64,000 nt of DNA, taken from NCBI GenBank assembly GCA_040397215.1, contig JBBAWK010000001.1. The stretch is one strand, 5' to 3'. Origin of the DNA: Candidatus Limnocylindrus sp. Lineage in GTDB: Bacteria > Chloroflexota > Limnocylindria > Limnocylindrales > Limnocylindraceae. The position numbers were made by a program, and so were the translations under genes. This document shows, in pieces, positions 4,728-14,671 of the stretch; the stretch's first letter is position 1, and every line of letters starts with the position of its first letter. Below the pieces are notes generated by a model that saw only the letters and a list, made by a program, of their open reading frames with translations, ran no database searches and was not told the DNA's origin.

Positions 4728-7568
4728 CTACTGGAGCGTCCAGCCCTTGCCCACCGAGCCCCGCACGATCTTCTCCCGCTGCGCCAGGCGGCCGGCTGTG
4801 TAGCCGAGGCGCTCCAGAGTGACGGTGCCGGAAGAGGAGACGCTCGTGAAGAAGAGGTCGAGAATGCCGTCGCCGGTCCAGTCGCGGGCCACGAGCGTCG
4901 GCACCCTCCCTGAGGCGGCGCCCTTCCAGACCTCGAGCGGGACCCCCCAGGCGTACGTGCGAGCGCCTACTGCGAAGGTGGTGGCGGATACGTTGCTGCG
5001 CTCCACGGCGGCCCATGGGGCGCGGATGCGTACTTCGGTCCCTACCGTTGCGGTGGTGAGGTCGATCTCTGGGTTGAGCTCGGCGAGACCGGCCGCATCA
5101 ACGGTGACGCCGATGGCGGCGGCGCGCGTGGCCACGATCTCCCAGGTGTCGGCAGTTCTGAGCCAGTCAAACTCGCCAGCGAGAATGCGTACCGGCGCGT
5201 TGCGATACATCACGCTCTTGGCGGTGTACACGCAGGTCGTATCGACCGGTACGTTGACCTTCTGCCCAACGACCAACACCTTGGCTGGGTAGGCGATCTT
5301 GGAACTCTTTGGATTCATCGAACGCAAGCAGCCCTCGGTACGACCGACGCGCTTGGCGATCTTGGCGTAGGTGTCGCCCTTCTTGATGGTCTCGGTGCGT
5401 GTTGGCCCAGCATTGAGCGCGAAGAACTTCGTGTAGTTCGTGGTACCACTCTTGTAGCCGAGTCGTGCCGCAACTTTTGCAAGGGTGGTTTCGCCCTTCC
5501 CTACCTTGGTACTTTGCGATGGCGCCGTTTCAGCAGTGAAAACCAGATCAGGATTTGCGCTGAGCGGGGTTGCAAGGTCAAGGATTTCGCTCATGGAAAG
5601 GCGCACGACGTGGCCGATCCCCTTCAGGTCGCGATAGCTTAGGTAGAGCTCAGAACCTGTATCGCCTAATGCGTCGACCGCAGTGACACTCCACCCGCTG
5701 GCGATGGGCCAGAGCAGTGCGCCAGGTGCGCTCAACGTGCCGAGCGTCCAGAGGGTATTCGGCGTAAAGCTAAGCGAGCCGGCCGCTTGCGACGCCATGA
5801 GGGCCCCGTCGCTTGCGCGCCAGAGAACCGTGGCGTCTGGCACCCCGTCACCAGTGACGTCGCGCAACACCGTCACCGCGTCGGTACTGGTCGTTGTGTC
5901 AATGAGCTGCGTTGGCGAGGCGCCGGTAGTGACCTCGAAGAGGCGGAGTCGCGCTGTAGTTCTATCGGTCAGGTCTGGCGTGCGTTCAGTGATAAAGAAC
6001 TCTTGGATGATGTCGGCTGAGGTGTCGGCAACATCGAGGGCAAGGTTTGCCATTGCATCAAAGCCTGTGTAAGCATCGAGGATGGTGACCGAGGTTCCAA
6101 GGACACCGCTGGAGATTGGCGTCTTGATGAGGCTCGTTGCTCCGTCGGTTGCACGCCAGAGGCTGAGCACGGAGAGGCCCCCGTCACGCTCGGTTCGCGC
6201 GATATCACGGCCGATCAGGGTGGCGCCAGCCAATGCTGGCACCGTACCTGGAACACGATTGCGTAGGCGCCCGTTCTTCCCCACGTATTTGTCTGCGGAG
6301 ATGAACTTAATCGAACCATCAGCGCCGATTGCGGTGAAGTCGCCCTTCCCGTCTCCGGTCACATCGATGCCTGGCGAGATGATGCGGTTTGGCTCCACCC
6401 AGTTGATGCTGTACTTGTAGGCACGTGAACCTGGAACGCTGTACGAGGTCTCGCTCGTGGCGGTTGCGTCTACGGTGTACCAAACGTAGCGAATGAGCTC
6501 CTCGACCGAGAGGTCGTGCTCCTTCGCGCAGGTATCAGCGTTCATGACGAAGATGGAGACGCCGCGCCAATGCCCCGGCTGAGTGGCATGCCGAAGCGGG
6601 ATGCCGTCTTGGCCAGCCTTCGGCGGTGCAAGACAACCGGTCACAGCGCCGCCGCCGCCGTTCCAGCTGCCATAGAAACCTGGGTTTGCGAAATACCACT
6701 TGCCGTCTTCTTTGAGTCGCTGGACAGTGATCCCCCAGGTAGCGTCAACCGCGGCGTTATAACGCGCGTTACTGCGGCCTCCTGAGGTCCAACCTGGGTC
6801 ATAGATGCCGCCAGTGCGATAAATCTGATTGATGGACGGCTCATCGGTGACGTCAAAGCATGATCGCGGGGTGTCAGCAGTCACTGGCTTTCTGGCGCCA
6901 CTCTCGTCGTACTCGGCAAGCGGTGCCGTGTAATGCCCCGTCGCATCATCGCGTACCAGTCCACCAATACCGTCATTAAGTAGATCTGGACCAAGACGAA
7001 TACGCAAAGGGACTAACGTCTTAAAGTTTTCTGTAGCTCGCTGGGTATTAGTCCACTCCACCCAAACACCCTTGTCGTTCGTAGCTCCATCTCGTCCTTG
7101 CGTCCCATTAACCTTGCGGTCGTCAGCCAGATCATCACGAAGCCACTTTTCGAACGTCGCACTTTTTGGTTTGGATACGTACCACCAATCTCGCTCACCA
7201 TCAAGATGCTTCATCGTCCAAGACCAGGCGTTCTGCTTAATGGCAATCGCGCCAACACCGAGCAGGGCATCACTGTAGGGGCTCGCCTTGTACTCGGTGT
7301 AGAACTCGGCCACGTGGGTGCGGTAGACGTAGAGCTTGAAGGGGATCTCCTCGACGACGCCGGAGTTCGTGCGCAGCACGCGGATGGTGTCAGGGGGTGA
7401 GATCTCACTCTTCCAATCGGTACACGGCTTCTGCACGAAGGTGGTGGCGGCTGCAGGGGTCGGGTTAGCGCCCGCCACACCCACCACGCCAGAGAGGCAG
7501 AGGAGAGCGGCCCCTGCGAGCGCGATGGCGCGGCGGAGCGTCATACGAGATGCCGCTCTGCGTTCCAT
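4728..7568 (-). CDS. Large secreted wall-associated protein with FG-GAP/VCBS-like repeats and LysM-like modules; N-terminal region weakly SpoIID/LytB-like
   Basis: 946 aa. Signal peptide (RRAIALAGAALLCLSGVVGVAGA). Repeats: DVTGDGKGDF, DVTGDGVPD, DWTGDGILDLFF. LysM-like KGDTYAKIAKRVG...LVVGQKVNVP. The N-terminal IRVL...VAEFY...ALLGVGAIAIKQNAWSW and FDVTDEPSINQIYRTGG resemble SpoIID motifs; that link is a tentative inference. Confidence 0.75.
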   Translation of the reverse strand: MERRAASRMTLRRAIALAGAALLCLSGVVGVAGANPTPAAATTFVQKPCTDWKSEISPPDTIRVLRTNSGVVEEIPFKLYVYRTHVAEFYTEYKASPYSDALLGVGAIAIKQNAWSWTMKHLDGERDWWYVSKPKSATFEKWLRDDLADDRKVNGTQGRDGATNDKGVWVEWTNTQRATENFKTLVPLRIRLGPDLLNDGIGGLVRDDATGHYTAPLAEYDESGARKPVTADTPRSCFDVTDEPSINQIYRTGGIYDPGWTSGGRSNARYNAAVDATWGITVQRLKEDGKWYFANPGFYGSWNGGGGAVTGCLAPPKAGQDGIPLRHATQPGHWRGVSIFVMNADTCAKEHDLSVEELIRYVWYTVDATATSETSYSVPGSRAYKYSINWVEPNRIISPGIDVTGDGKGDFTAIGADGSIKFISADKYVGKNGRLRNRVPGTVPALAGATLIGRDIARTERDGGLSVLSLWRATDGATSLIKTPISSGVLGTSVTILDAYTGFDAMANLALDVADTSADIIQEFFITERTPDLTDRTTARLRLFEVTTGASPTQLIDTTTSTDAVTVLRDVTGDGVPDATVLWRASDGALMASQAAGSLSFTPNTLWTLGTLSAPGALLWPIASGWSVTAVDALGDTGSELYLSYRDLKGIGHVVRLSMSEILDLATPLSANPDLVFTAETAPSQSTKVGKGETTLAKVAARLGYKSGTTNYTKFFALNAGPTRTETIKKGDTYAKIAKRVGRTEGCLRSMNPKSSKIAYPAKVLVVGQKVNVPVDTTCVYTAKSVMYRNAPVRILAGEFDWLRTADTWEIVATRAAAIGVTVDAAGLAELNPEIDLTTATVGTEVRIRAPWAAVERSNVSATTFAVGARTYAWGVPLEVWKGAASGRVPTLVARDWTGDGILDLFFTSVSSSGTVTLERLGYTAGRLAQREKIVRGSVGKGWTLQ

Positions 7569-7625
7569 GTGCTGATACTACCGCCTATGCGAGATCAGAT
7601 CCTGTGAACTCTGAAAGGCTCAGAT

Positions 7626-9206
7626 CTACTCGCTGAGGCTCCCATCAAAGCCACCCTCGGCATCCAAGATGCGCAGCGCGAGCGAGAGGGCGAGACGAAG
7701 ATCGGGCTCGCGAAGATCCCACCCCGTTACCTCCTCGATACGCTTGAGGCGATAGGCGGTGGTGTTGCGATGCACGCCCAGTGAGCTGCTCGCTTCAGAC
7801 GAACCGGGCGCGTCGAGGATGGCGCGCACCGTGTCAATGCGCTGGCGCCAGGCGGCTGCAGTGCCGACGAGGAGTGGGCCAAGCAGCGCGAGAGCGAGTC
7901 GTCGTCCTTCGGGGATCGTCATGACCGAGCCGAGGAGCTGGTGCGCAGGGAGCAGTTCCGCGCGCACGACCTGCTCGCCGCCACTCCCTGCGCGACCGCC
8001 GATGCGGCGCTCCAATGATTCAAGCGCAGCGCGCGCCTCAGCTTCGGCGGCGGGCCGTGCCGACGCCTCAGTGAATGGCCGCGAAACCGCAACCGGGCGC
8101 TTCAGCCTCTTGGCGACCTTGCGAGCAGCGTCAGCCGCGCCAGGGTCGCCTGCGTCAGCGACGGCGACGATGCGCACCTCAAGGCTCTCGTTGCTCCCAC
8201 GCAACATGAAGCGACGCGGGCTCGCGAGGAGGCGCAGCTCGCGACGCAGTGCGGGAACGTCGGTCTCATGTGGGCGCGGCTGGCGAGCCGCGATGGCTAC
8301 CCATGGCGGCCCCTCGGCCGGAAGGGTGCGCGCCTCGCCGCGACCGGCGTTGCCGGGAAGTTCGGCAGCAACGCGCACGATCTCAAGCGCGAGAAGTGGC
8401 GCAACGCGCTCGCAGGCGATGCGGTCACGCTCGCCAACCGGCTCATCGCCAAGCAGGATGATCGAGCCTGGCCGCTCCGAACCCTCGTCGCCGAGCGGCG
8501 ACTCCTCAAGTTCTCGTTCCCCCTCTGGTGCACCTGGCACGGCGGGAAGCGGGATGCGCTGCCCGGTTGGTCGACTCTTGGAGAGGTAGTGCGAGACCGC
8601 CTTCGCCGCAGCGACGCTCGATGGCAAACCGGCTGGTGCAACAACGGCGAGTGAGACACCGCCACGCGCCTCAAGCGCCACCGCGCGACCGATGAATGCG
8701 GCCAATGCACCGATGAGCGCTTCGAGTCCTTGGCCATCAAGTGCGAGGGCGGCGATCTGCCGTTCGAGTCCCACCGCCTGACGCTCTAGTTCGGCACGAC
8801 GATTGACGACCGCACCAATCAGGCTGCGCTCGAGCTGCGCCGACTCCATCCCGTGCACTGCAAGGCATGGGAGTCCGTTCTGCTCTGCGGCCTGCGCGAG
8901 CTCAGCCCGCACCTTCGATTCGGCTGCGCTCGGATGCTCATCACCGAGGAGCAGAATGCCAGTACAGCCGTTCTCGGCAAGATACTCAGCAAGGTCGACG
9001 CGTGATTGTGCATCAGGGGCGGCTGCCGTGAGTAGCGTGAGCGGAATGAGCGCCAGATCGCCCAACTCCATGCCATCAAAGGCTGGCAGTCGCATGCGCA
9101 TCACGCGCACCCAGGTGACGTTGCGTGCCATTGACTCGTCGCGCACCTTCGCCAAGGGAACGGCGTTTGGAAGCAGTGTCTGCACAAGCTCTCGCAGTGA
9201 TGCCAT
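7626..9206 (-). CDS. PucR/CdaR-family transcriptional regulator
   Basis: 526 aa. The C-terminal HTH LGVHRNTTAYRLKRIEEVTGWDLREPDLRLALSLAL matches the PucR C-terminal HTH pattern. The ATG overlaps the upstream stop (TAATG). Confidence 0.75.
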   Translation of the reverse strand: MASLRELVQTLLPNAVPLAKVRDESMARNVTWVRVMRMRLPAFDGMELGDLALIPLTLLTAAAPDAQSRVDLAEYLAENGCTGILLLGDEHPSAAESKVRAELAQAAEQNGLPCLAVHGMESAQLERSLIGAVVNRRAELERQAVGLERQIAALALDGQGLEALIGALAAFIGRAVALEARGGVSLAVVAPAGLPSSVAAAKAVSHYLSKSRPTGQRIPLPAVPGAPEGERELEESPLGDEGSERPGSIILLGDEPVGERDRIACERVAPLLALEIVRVAAELPGNAGRGEARTLPAEGPPWVAIAARQPRPHETDVPALRRELRLLASPRRFMLRGSNESLEVRIVAVADAGDPGAADAARKVAKRLKRPVAVSRPFTEASARPAAEAEARAALESLERRIGGRAGSGGEQVVRAELLPAHQLLGSVMTIPEGRRLALALLGPLLVGTAAAWRQRIDTVRAILDAPGSSEASSSLGVHRNTTAYRLKRIEEVTGWDLREPDLRLALSLALRILDAEGGFDGSLSE

Positions 9207-10678
9207 TACGCCGCCTCTCCTGACAGCCGACGCGTAATGCGCCGAATGACGGCGCCATATTGCACTGGATCAGCGCCCCGTTCGGTAAGGAGCACGATGG
9301 GTACCGTTGCAACGCCGGGTCGGATCTGCAACCAGAGTCGCGCGCGTGGGCGACGCAGCGTCAACATGAGGCCGCCCATGATCAGCGCCGCGGCTATCCA
9401 GATTAGGAGTGAGGCCGGATCACGTCGCGCGATGATTCCCGTATACGAAGTCACCTCACGGAGATACACACTAAACCCAGCACCAGGCGCTGTAGCAGTG
9501 TCACCCACTGCGAGTACCGAAGCGAAGAGCGTCTTCAGTGGGAGTGTGCCGTCTGCAGCTGTTGTACCGCTCGGGTCTGGGGCGCTGGCCACTATAAAGA
9601 TGGCGGCAACGCCGTTCGCATCACGTCGCAACTGCATCTCGATTCCTGCGTTGCTCCCTGGGATCGGCAGCGTCGCATACGGCGCGCCATCAACCTGTGC
9701 GGCAAACGGGGCATCACCAGACCAGAGCAGGGCTCCCATGTCGTCACGAATTTCTAGTCGAGCGGCCGGGCCGAAGAAGTTTTGATGGAAGCTCCATCCG
9801 TTATAGGCGAGCGGCTCATTCACGCGCACCATCCGCCGCGCAACCTCTTCCCCGCCCACGTAGACACCGAGGTCTGTGGCGAAATCTGCAAATGCGCCCG
9901 CCGAGTTGCGCGGCGCGCTAAAGGCGTGATTCACGATCACGAGCCCGTCAGCGGTGCCGATCTTCCCCACTGGGAGCGCCTCGCCATCGGTGAGTAGAAT
10001 GCCCTGCGTGTAGCCGAAGATGCCCGAGGCGGCTGCACCGAGCAGCATGACGACCAACCCGGTGTGCATCACCAGCGTGAAACGGCCTGAGCGACGGAAG
10101 CGGTCTGCATGCAGGAGGAGCCCCCCATTGCGCTCAGAGTCATCGGCAACGCTCACCTCCCAGCCGGCACGCTTCGCTTCGGCGGCGGCAGCGTTCGCTC
10201 GGGCACCGAGTTCCGCATCCACTGGCAACGCGGTAGGGAGATCGATCACGCCGCGCCCAGGCAAGGATTCACTAAAGAACGTGTCGGGCTGTTCGGGGCG
10301 AGATCTCGCGGTGGCCGCCGCGATCTTCGGGAGGCGGTCCCAGGTGCAGACGATGATTGAGGCGGTCAGGAGCACCAGCAGCGCTGTGAACCATGGCGAG
10401 GTGAAGACCCGGAATAGGCCAAGACGCTCAAAGATTCCCACCAGTGGTCCAAGCGCAGGCTCGTATTCCGCGCGCCGCTTCGCCATCTCGTTGGCGTAAT
10501 CGCCAGCGTTCTGGAGCGCGTAATCGGGGAGCTGGCGGAGCGCGATGCCAACCGTTGCGGCGAGGGCGATCACGCCGATCTGGAGCACGGCAAATCGAAC
10601 GTTTGCCAGGAGGGCGCGCGCGAGGAGGAGTGGGCCACTTATCACCCCCTGATGGTAGCCTTCGCCCCGCTGGGCCAT
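9206..10678 (-). CDS. resB: ResB/Ccs1-like cytochrome c biogenesis membrane protein (orphan; no ccsA/resC adjacent)
   Basis: The N-terminal RFAVLQIGVIALAATVGIALRQ...LGLFRVFTSPWFTALLVLLTASIIVCTWDR is the characteristic ResB signature. Large extracytoplasmic loop and C-terminal TM (LLIWIAAALIMGGLMLTL). Start taken at MAQRGEG (10678); the track ORF runs to 10753, which would overlap the divergent asnC-type gene. Confidence 0.7.
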   Translation of the reverse strand: MAQRGEGYHQGVISGPLLLARALLANVRFAVLQIGVIALAATVGIALRQLPDYALQNAGDYANEMAKRRAEYEPALGPLVGIFERLGLFRVFTSPWFTALLVLLTASIIVCTWDRLPKIAAATARSRPEQPDTFFSESLPGRGVIDLPTALPVDAELGARANAAAAEAKRAGWEVSVADDSERNGGLLLHADRFRRSGRFTLVMHTGLVVMLLGAAASGIFGYTQGILLTDGEALPVGKIGTADGLVIVNHAFSAPRNSAGAFADFATDLGVYVGGEEVARRMVRVNEPLAYNGWSFHQNFFGPAARLEIRDDMGALLWSGDAPFAAQVDGAPYATLPIPGSNAGIEMQLRRDANGVAAIFIVASAPDPSGTTAADGTLPLKTLFASVLAVGDTATAPGAGFSVYLREVTSYTGIIARRDPASLLIWIAAALIMGGLMLTLRRPRARLWLQIRPGVATVPIVLLTERGADPVQYGAVIRRITRRLSGEAA

Positions 10679-10725
10679 CTGCCCTGCAGACGTCGTGGCG
10701 ACGTCAACGCACCACAGGGGGTGAG

Positions 10726-11202
10726 ATGGCACGAGGAAACAACCACGGAGCACTCGACGAACTCGATCGTCGCCTCATGGAGGTACTGCAGGCCGACGGC
10801 CGCAAGCCCTTCACAGAGATTGCCGCCGCATTTGGCGTTCCCGAGTCAACCATCCGCGCCCGGTACAAGGGGCTCGTTGACCGCGGCGCTCTAAAGGTCA
10901 TTGCCGTGGCCGATCCGCTCAAGGTTGGCTACCCACTGATGGCCATGATCGGCGTGCGCTGCACTCCCGCCGCACTCCTCACAACCGCCAAAGAGCTCGA
11001 GGCACTTCCGGAGGTGAGCTACTGCGTTGTGGTGGCTGGTGCGTACGACCTGCTCATTGAAGTGGTCTGTGAAGACAATGATGCGCTGCTGACGTTCCTC
11101 ACCGATCGACTGCGCTCCATCGCTGGTGTGCTCGAAACGGAGACATTCGTGTACTTGCGAATCTTGAAGCAGAACTACGAATGGGGAACGACCCCGACCT
11201 GA
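10726..11202 (+). CDS. Lrp/AsnC-family transcriptional regulator
   Basis: LDELDRRLMEVLQADGRKPFTEIAAAFGVPESTIRARYKGLV is the HTH, followed by an AsnC/RAM domain. ATG at 10726 preceded by GGGGGTGAG. The 252-aa track ORF is an over-extension. Confidence 0.85.
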   Translation: MARGNNHGALDELDRRLMEVLQADGRKPFTEIAAAFGVPESTIRARYKGLVDRGALKVIAVADPLKVGYPLMAMIGVRCTPAALLTTAKELEALPEVSYCVVVAGAYDLLIEVVCEDNDALLTFLTDRLRSIAGVLETETFVYLRILKQNYEWGTTPT

Positions 11203-11219
11203 CCGCCTGAGCGGCTCGG

Positions 11220-11233
11220 CCGGGGTCGCCCGG
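11220..11233. terminator. Candidate weak bidirectional terminator hairpin (CCGGG-GTCG-CCCGG, then TATTTCC) between convergent genes
   Basis: Read directly, 18 nt after the asnC-type stop. The stem is only 5 bp. Confidence 0.25.
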
Positions 11234-11253
11234 TATTTCCTAGTGCGCTCGAG

Positions 11254-12165
11254 TTACGCGGCGCGACGCTTCGATCGGCCGACGAGTGCCGCTGCGCCGA
11301 TCCAGGCGAGCAGTGCCGCCAAGATGAGTGCTGGCAGTGTGGTCGTCCAGCCGTTCTCTTCCTCACCCGCTCCCGCCATATCCATGGCGAAGAGTGGCAT
11401 TGCACCAACGGCGGTGCCGTCAGGCAAGAGGCAGGCTGTGAGGCCCGGATCCGTTAGGTCTACATCGGCGGCGCATGGCTCGAGTGAGGCGCGGAACTCT
11501 TCCATCCAAGTGGTGTAATTCGTGGCCCAATCGGTGCTGCCATCAACACCACCGGCCATCAGGATCGGGAAGAGCGAGCCATCTGGAAGCAGGCACGGCA
11601 GAACCGTGTCGCTCGAAACTGGCGCGTTTGGATCGGTGATCCCCTCTGGGCAGGCGCTCGCCTCACCGTTGAGTGTGCGCCAGTACGGCTCAGGGACCAT
11701 TCCGCCACTGCGACCTGTTAGTTCAACAAGCGCTGCAGGTGCATCGACCGGGAGCAGGTCACCCTGATGGCTATCAAAGGTTGCTGCGCCAGTGAGTGGA
11801 TCAACCTGGTAGACAAAGCTGTGTCCGTTGAGGCAACCTGATGCGCAGTCGTTCCATCCGTAGGTGTAGACAACGAACCAGGTGGTGTCGATACCTGCCT
11901 CGCCCTTAACGTCGTAGTACTTCGTGGCGCCAATCAGTGCGCCGTCGTTGTAGGTGAATTCGTCGAATGGCCCACCGGCGGCAAGTACCGCGGCGTGTGC
12001 ATCAGCGGGAGTGGCGATCGGAAGTGTGCCGCTGTAACTGCCGACCGAATACATCACCGCCTCAGGGGTGGCATCTGGGGATGGAGCCTCGTCAGCTGCA
12101 GCTGCGGGGGCAACAGCCACCAGCAGGAGGGCGAGCGGGAGGAAGACCTTCAGGAGTGATCGCAC
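11254..12165 (-). CDS. Secreted hypothetical protein with duplicated CLLPDG motif and a C-terminal TM anchor plus basic tail
   Basis: 303 aa. Signal peptide MRSLLKVFLPLALLLVAVAPAAAA. Two copies of (P/A)CLLPDG(S/T). C-terminus GWTTTLPALILAALLAWIGAAALVGRSKRRAA. No family recognised. Confidence 0.6.
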   Translation of the reverse strand: MRSLLKVFLPLALLLVAVAPAAAADEAPSPDATPEAVMYSVGSYSGTLPIATPADAHAAVLAAGGPFDEFTYNDGALIGATKYYDVKGEAGIDTTWFVVYTYGWNDCASGCLNGHSFVYQVDPLTGAATFDSHQGDLLPVDAPAALVELTGRSGGMVPEPYWRTLNGEASACPEGITDPNAPVSSDTVLPCLLPDGSLFPILMAGGVDGSTDWATNYTTWMEEFRASLEPCAADVDLTDPGLTACLLPDGTAVGAMPLFAMDMAGAGEEENGWTTTLPALILAALLAWIGAAALVGRSKRRAA

Positions 12166-12250
12166 GGTTCACCTCAACTTCAACTCTGTGTGGGGAGTAT
12201 CCCCATCACCATCGTAACGAGCGAGCGGGGCTGGCGGTTCCCGAGAGGGG

Positions 12251-12901
12251 TCAGCCCGCCTGGTCGAAAGGCTGTGGGAGCCACTCGCCCCCTGCGAGAG
12301 CGTGGAGCTCCCCGAGCGAGATGTCGAACCAGGCGCCGTGAAGCGTGAGGCTGCCGGCGCGCTCGCGCTCGGCAATCCAGGGGAAGGTGCGGAGATGCTC
12401 CAGTGACTGCTGCACGCTGAGATGCTCGATGAGCCGATGGCGCTCTTGCGGGACGCCTGTGGTCGAGGCTGGGGTTCGCTCATCGAGCGTTTTGAGGTCG
12501 GCAACCCATGAGCCGATGAAGTCGGAGTCAGTCAGCCGCGATGCTGGATCGAGCGCCGCCGCAACGCCGCCGCAACGCCCGTGCCCCATCACCACGATGG
12601 AGGTGACCTCAAGGCTAAGGACGGCAAACTCGAGGGCTGCACTCGCGCCATGGCTCTTGGCATCTGGTGCGTACACCGGGACAAGCGCAGCGACGTTGCG
12701 CACCACGAAGAGTTCGCCTGGGCCAGCGTCAAAGATTGTCTCTGGGGCAGAGCGGGAGTCGGAGCAGGCGACGATCATCGTGCGCGGCTTCTGGCCCTCG
12801 CGTGCAAGCTCGTCATAGCGCACGCGCTCGTCGTTGTAACGGCCGGCGCGGAAGCGACGGTATCCGGCGCTGAGGCGCTCCGAGAGGGGCTGGCTCGTCA
12901 T
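12251..12901 (-). CDS. Beta-class carbonic anhydrase
   Basis: CSDSR and GHGRCGG zinc-ligand motifs; 216 aa. Confidence 0.85.
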   Translation of the reverse strand: MTSQPLSERLSAGYRRFRAGRYNDERVRYDELAREGQKPRTMIVACSDSRSAPETIFDAGPGELFVVRNVAALVPVYAPDAKSHGASAALEFAVLSLEVTSIVVMGHGRCGGVAAALDPASRLTDSDFIGSWVADLKTLDERTPASTTGVPQERHRLIEHLSVQQSLEHLRTFPWIAERERAGSLTLHGAWFDISLGELHALAGGEWLPQPFDQAG

Positions 12902-12961
12902 GGCGTCAGTCTAAACGAGGCGGTCAAGGCGACCAGATCTGAGGGCAATAGAGGGGAGGTT

Positions 12962-13039
<78 letters not shown>

Positions 13040-13087
13040 ACATGCTCATCCTAAACGCTCCTCCCAATCGGGTGGCATCATCACCCT

Positions 13088-14662
13088 ATGCCTGCTGAAT
13101 CCACGCCCAAAACGGGCTCCCTCCGAGCCGCCGCCGCATCAGCCATCGTGCCCGGACTCGGCCAGTGGCTCGACAGACGTCGCCGCGCAGCACTCTTCTC
13201 CGCCCTCCCCCTGGTCGTCTTCCTTGTCGTGGCGCTCGGTGCCCTCCTCCTCTTCGGCGTAGTGCGCACCGCCGCCGCGATTGCCACGCCAGGCCGCCTC
13301 ACGCTGCTCTTCGCCCTCCTGCTCCTCTCAATCCCATGGCGCATCCTGGTGACCGTCGATGCTGCCCGCGGTACGAGGCGCACTCGCCGCTCGGCGATCC
13401 TGCTCGCGCTCGCCCTTTTGATCTCAATTGCGCCGCAGGCCGGTGCGGCGGCGATTGTCTACCGCGCCAAGGTCGCGGCGACCGGCGTCTTCTCGGGATT
13501 CGGCACACCAACTCCGGATGGTTCAGCTGCGGAGAGCGCCACACCAACACCGCCACCACTCGCCGATCGATTCACGATGCTGCTCATCGGCGCCGACACC
13601 ATGGGGCACCGCACCTCGTTTAACACCGACTCGATGATCATCGTCAGCTGGGATCGCATCGGCGGTTACGTTAGTACCGTCTCTATTCCTCGTGATCTGG
13701 TTAACGTACCTCTCGGCAACGGCGATATCTTCGGGCCGAAGATCAACTCGCTCTGGTCGTATGCGCTGCGCTATCCGAAGAGGTTCCCCGAGGGCCCGGC
13801 CGTTGCGCTCAGCACCGCACTGGGCAGCGCGTTCAACGTGAAGATTGATGCGACCGCCGTCGTCGTGATTCCAACCTTCGTCAAGATTATTGACCAGCTC
13901 GGCGGCGTTGACCTTACGATCCGACGCACCATTCTTGACGTCTCCTATCGAACCAACATGGACGGGGCACGACTACCCGCCGGAAACTGGCACATGAGTG
14001 GTGAGTGTGCGCTCGCCTACGCGCGCATTCGCAAGGCGCCAGGGACTGACGACATGACCCGTGGTCCACGACAGATTGAGATCCTGCTCGCCGCCCGCGA
14101 TGAGTTGGCGCGCAGCGAAAATTTTGTTGGCAATGCCCTCGCCCTTCTTGATGTGATTGGCGATGGGGTGCGCACCGACCTCAACCCAGCCCTGATTCCG
14201 CAGTTGGCTGAGGCGGCCGGATCGTTTGACACGAGCAAGATCGTGCGTGCCGTGATCCAGCCAGGGGACACGATCCTGCGTTATCGACATAAGGGCGAAT
14301 ACAGCCCCTTCGGCTCGGTCGTCTTCTTTGACGCTGCACGCATGCTGATGCTCGGAGAGCGCCTCTTCCCAACCCCTGGCACACGGCCGTGGAGTTTCCC
14401 GGCAACTGCAAGCGAGCCGAAGCTCGGCGCAGAGGCAACCTTTAGCCCCGCGCCGCTCGCGAGTGGGGCCTCCCCCACGCCAACCGCGACGCCATCACCA
14501 TCGCTGACCCATCCGTTCCCAACGCTCGCCTCGTGCGACGCTGGGCTGCCGCTGCCGCGCTACACCCCAACCCCAGACCCAACGGCGCCACCGCCGAGCG
14601 CAACGCCGAGCCCGACGCCCACAGAGTCAAGCACGCCGTCACCACTGCCATCCGCGCCGTAG
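13088..14662 (+). CDS. LytR-CpsA-Psr (LCP) family cell-envelope phosphotransferase with Pro/Thr/Ser-rich C-terminal tail
   Basis: N-terminal TM helices. LCP core [32 protein letters not shown]...KINSLWSY. C-terminal [11 protein letters not shown]...[26 protein letters not shown]. No clear SD, so the start is uncertain. Confidence 0.8.
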   Translation: MPAESTPKTGSLRAAAASAIVPGLGQWLDRRRRAALFSALPLVVFLVVALGALLLFGVVRTAAAIATPGRLTLLFALLLLSIPWRILVTVDAARGTRRTRRSAILLALALLISIAPQAGAAAIVYRAKVAATGVFSGFGTPTPDGSAAESATPTPPPLADRFTMLLIGADTMGHRTSFNTDSMIIVSWDRIGGYVSTVSIPRDLVNVPLGNGDIFGPKINSLWSYALRYPKRFPEGPAVALSTALGSAFNVKIDATAVVVIPTFVKIIDQLGGVDLTIRRTILDVSYRTNMDGARLPAGNWHMSGECALAYARIRKAPGTDDMTRGPRQIEILLAARDELARSENFVGNALALLDVIGDGVRTDLNPALIPQLAEAAGSFDTSKIVRAVIQPGDTILRYRHKGEYSPFGSVVFFDAARMLMLGERLFPTPGTRPWSFPATASEPKLGAEATFSPAPLASGASPTPTATPSPSLTHPFPTLASCDAGLPLPRYTPTPDPTAPPPSATPSPTPTESSTPSPLPSAP

Positions 14663-14671
14663 AATCCCCCC

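Noticed and set aside
7759-8589. 276-aa plus-strand ORF, plus other 150-250-aa ORFs antisense to annotated genes (e.g. 18483-19184, 18791-19519, 20743-21423, 33241-33942, 47459-48208, 49518-50153, 60184-60819)
   Set aside because: Each overlaps a gene with recognisable domains on the other strand or in another frame. Their Arg/Ser/Pro/Ala-rich translations are typical of out-of-frame high-GC sequence.
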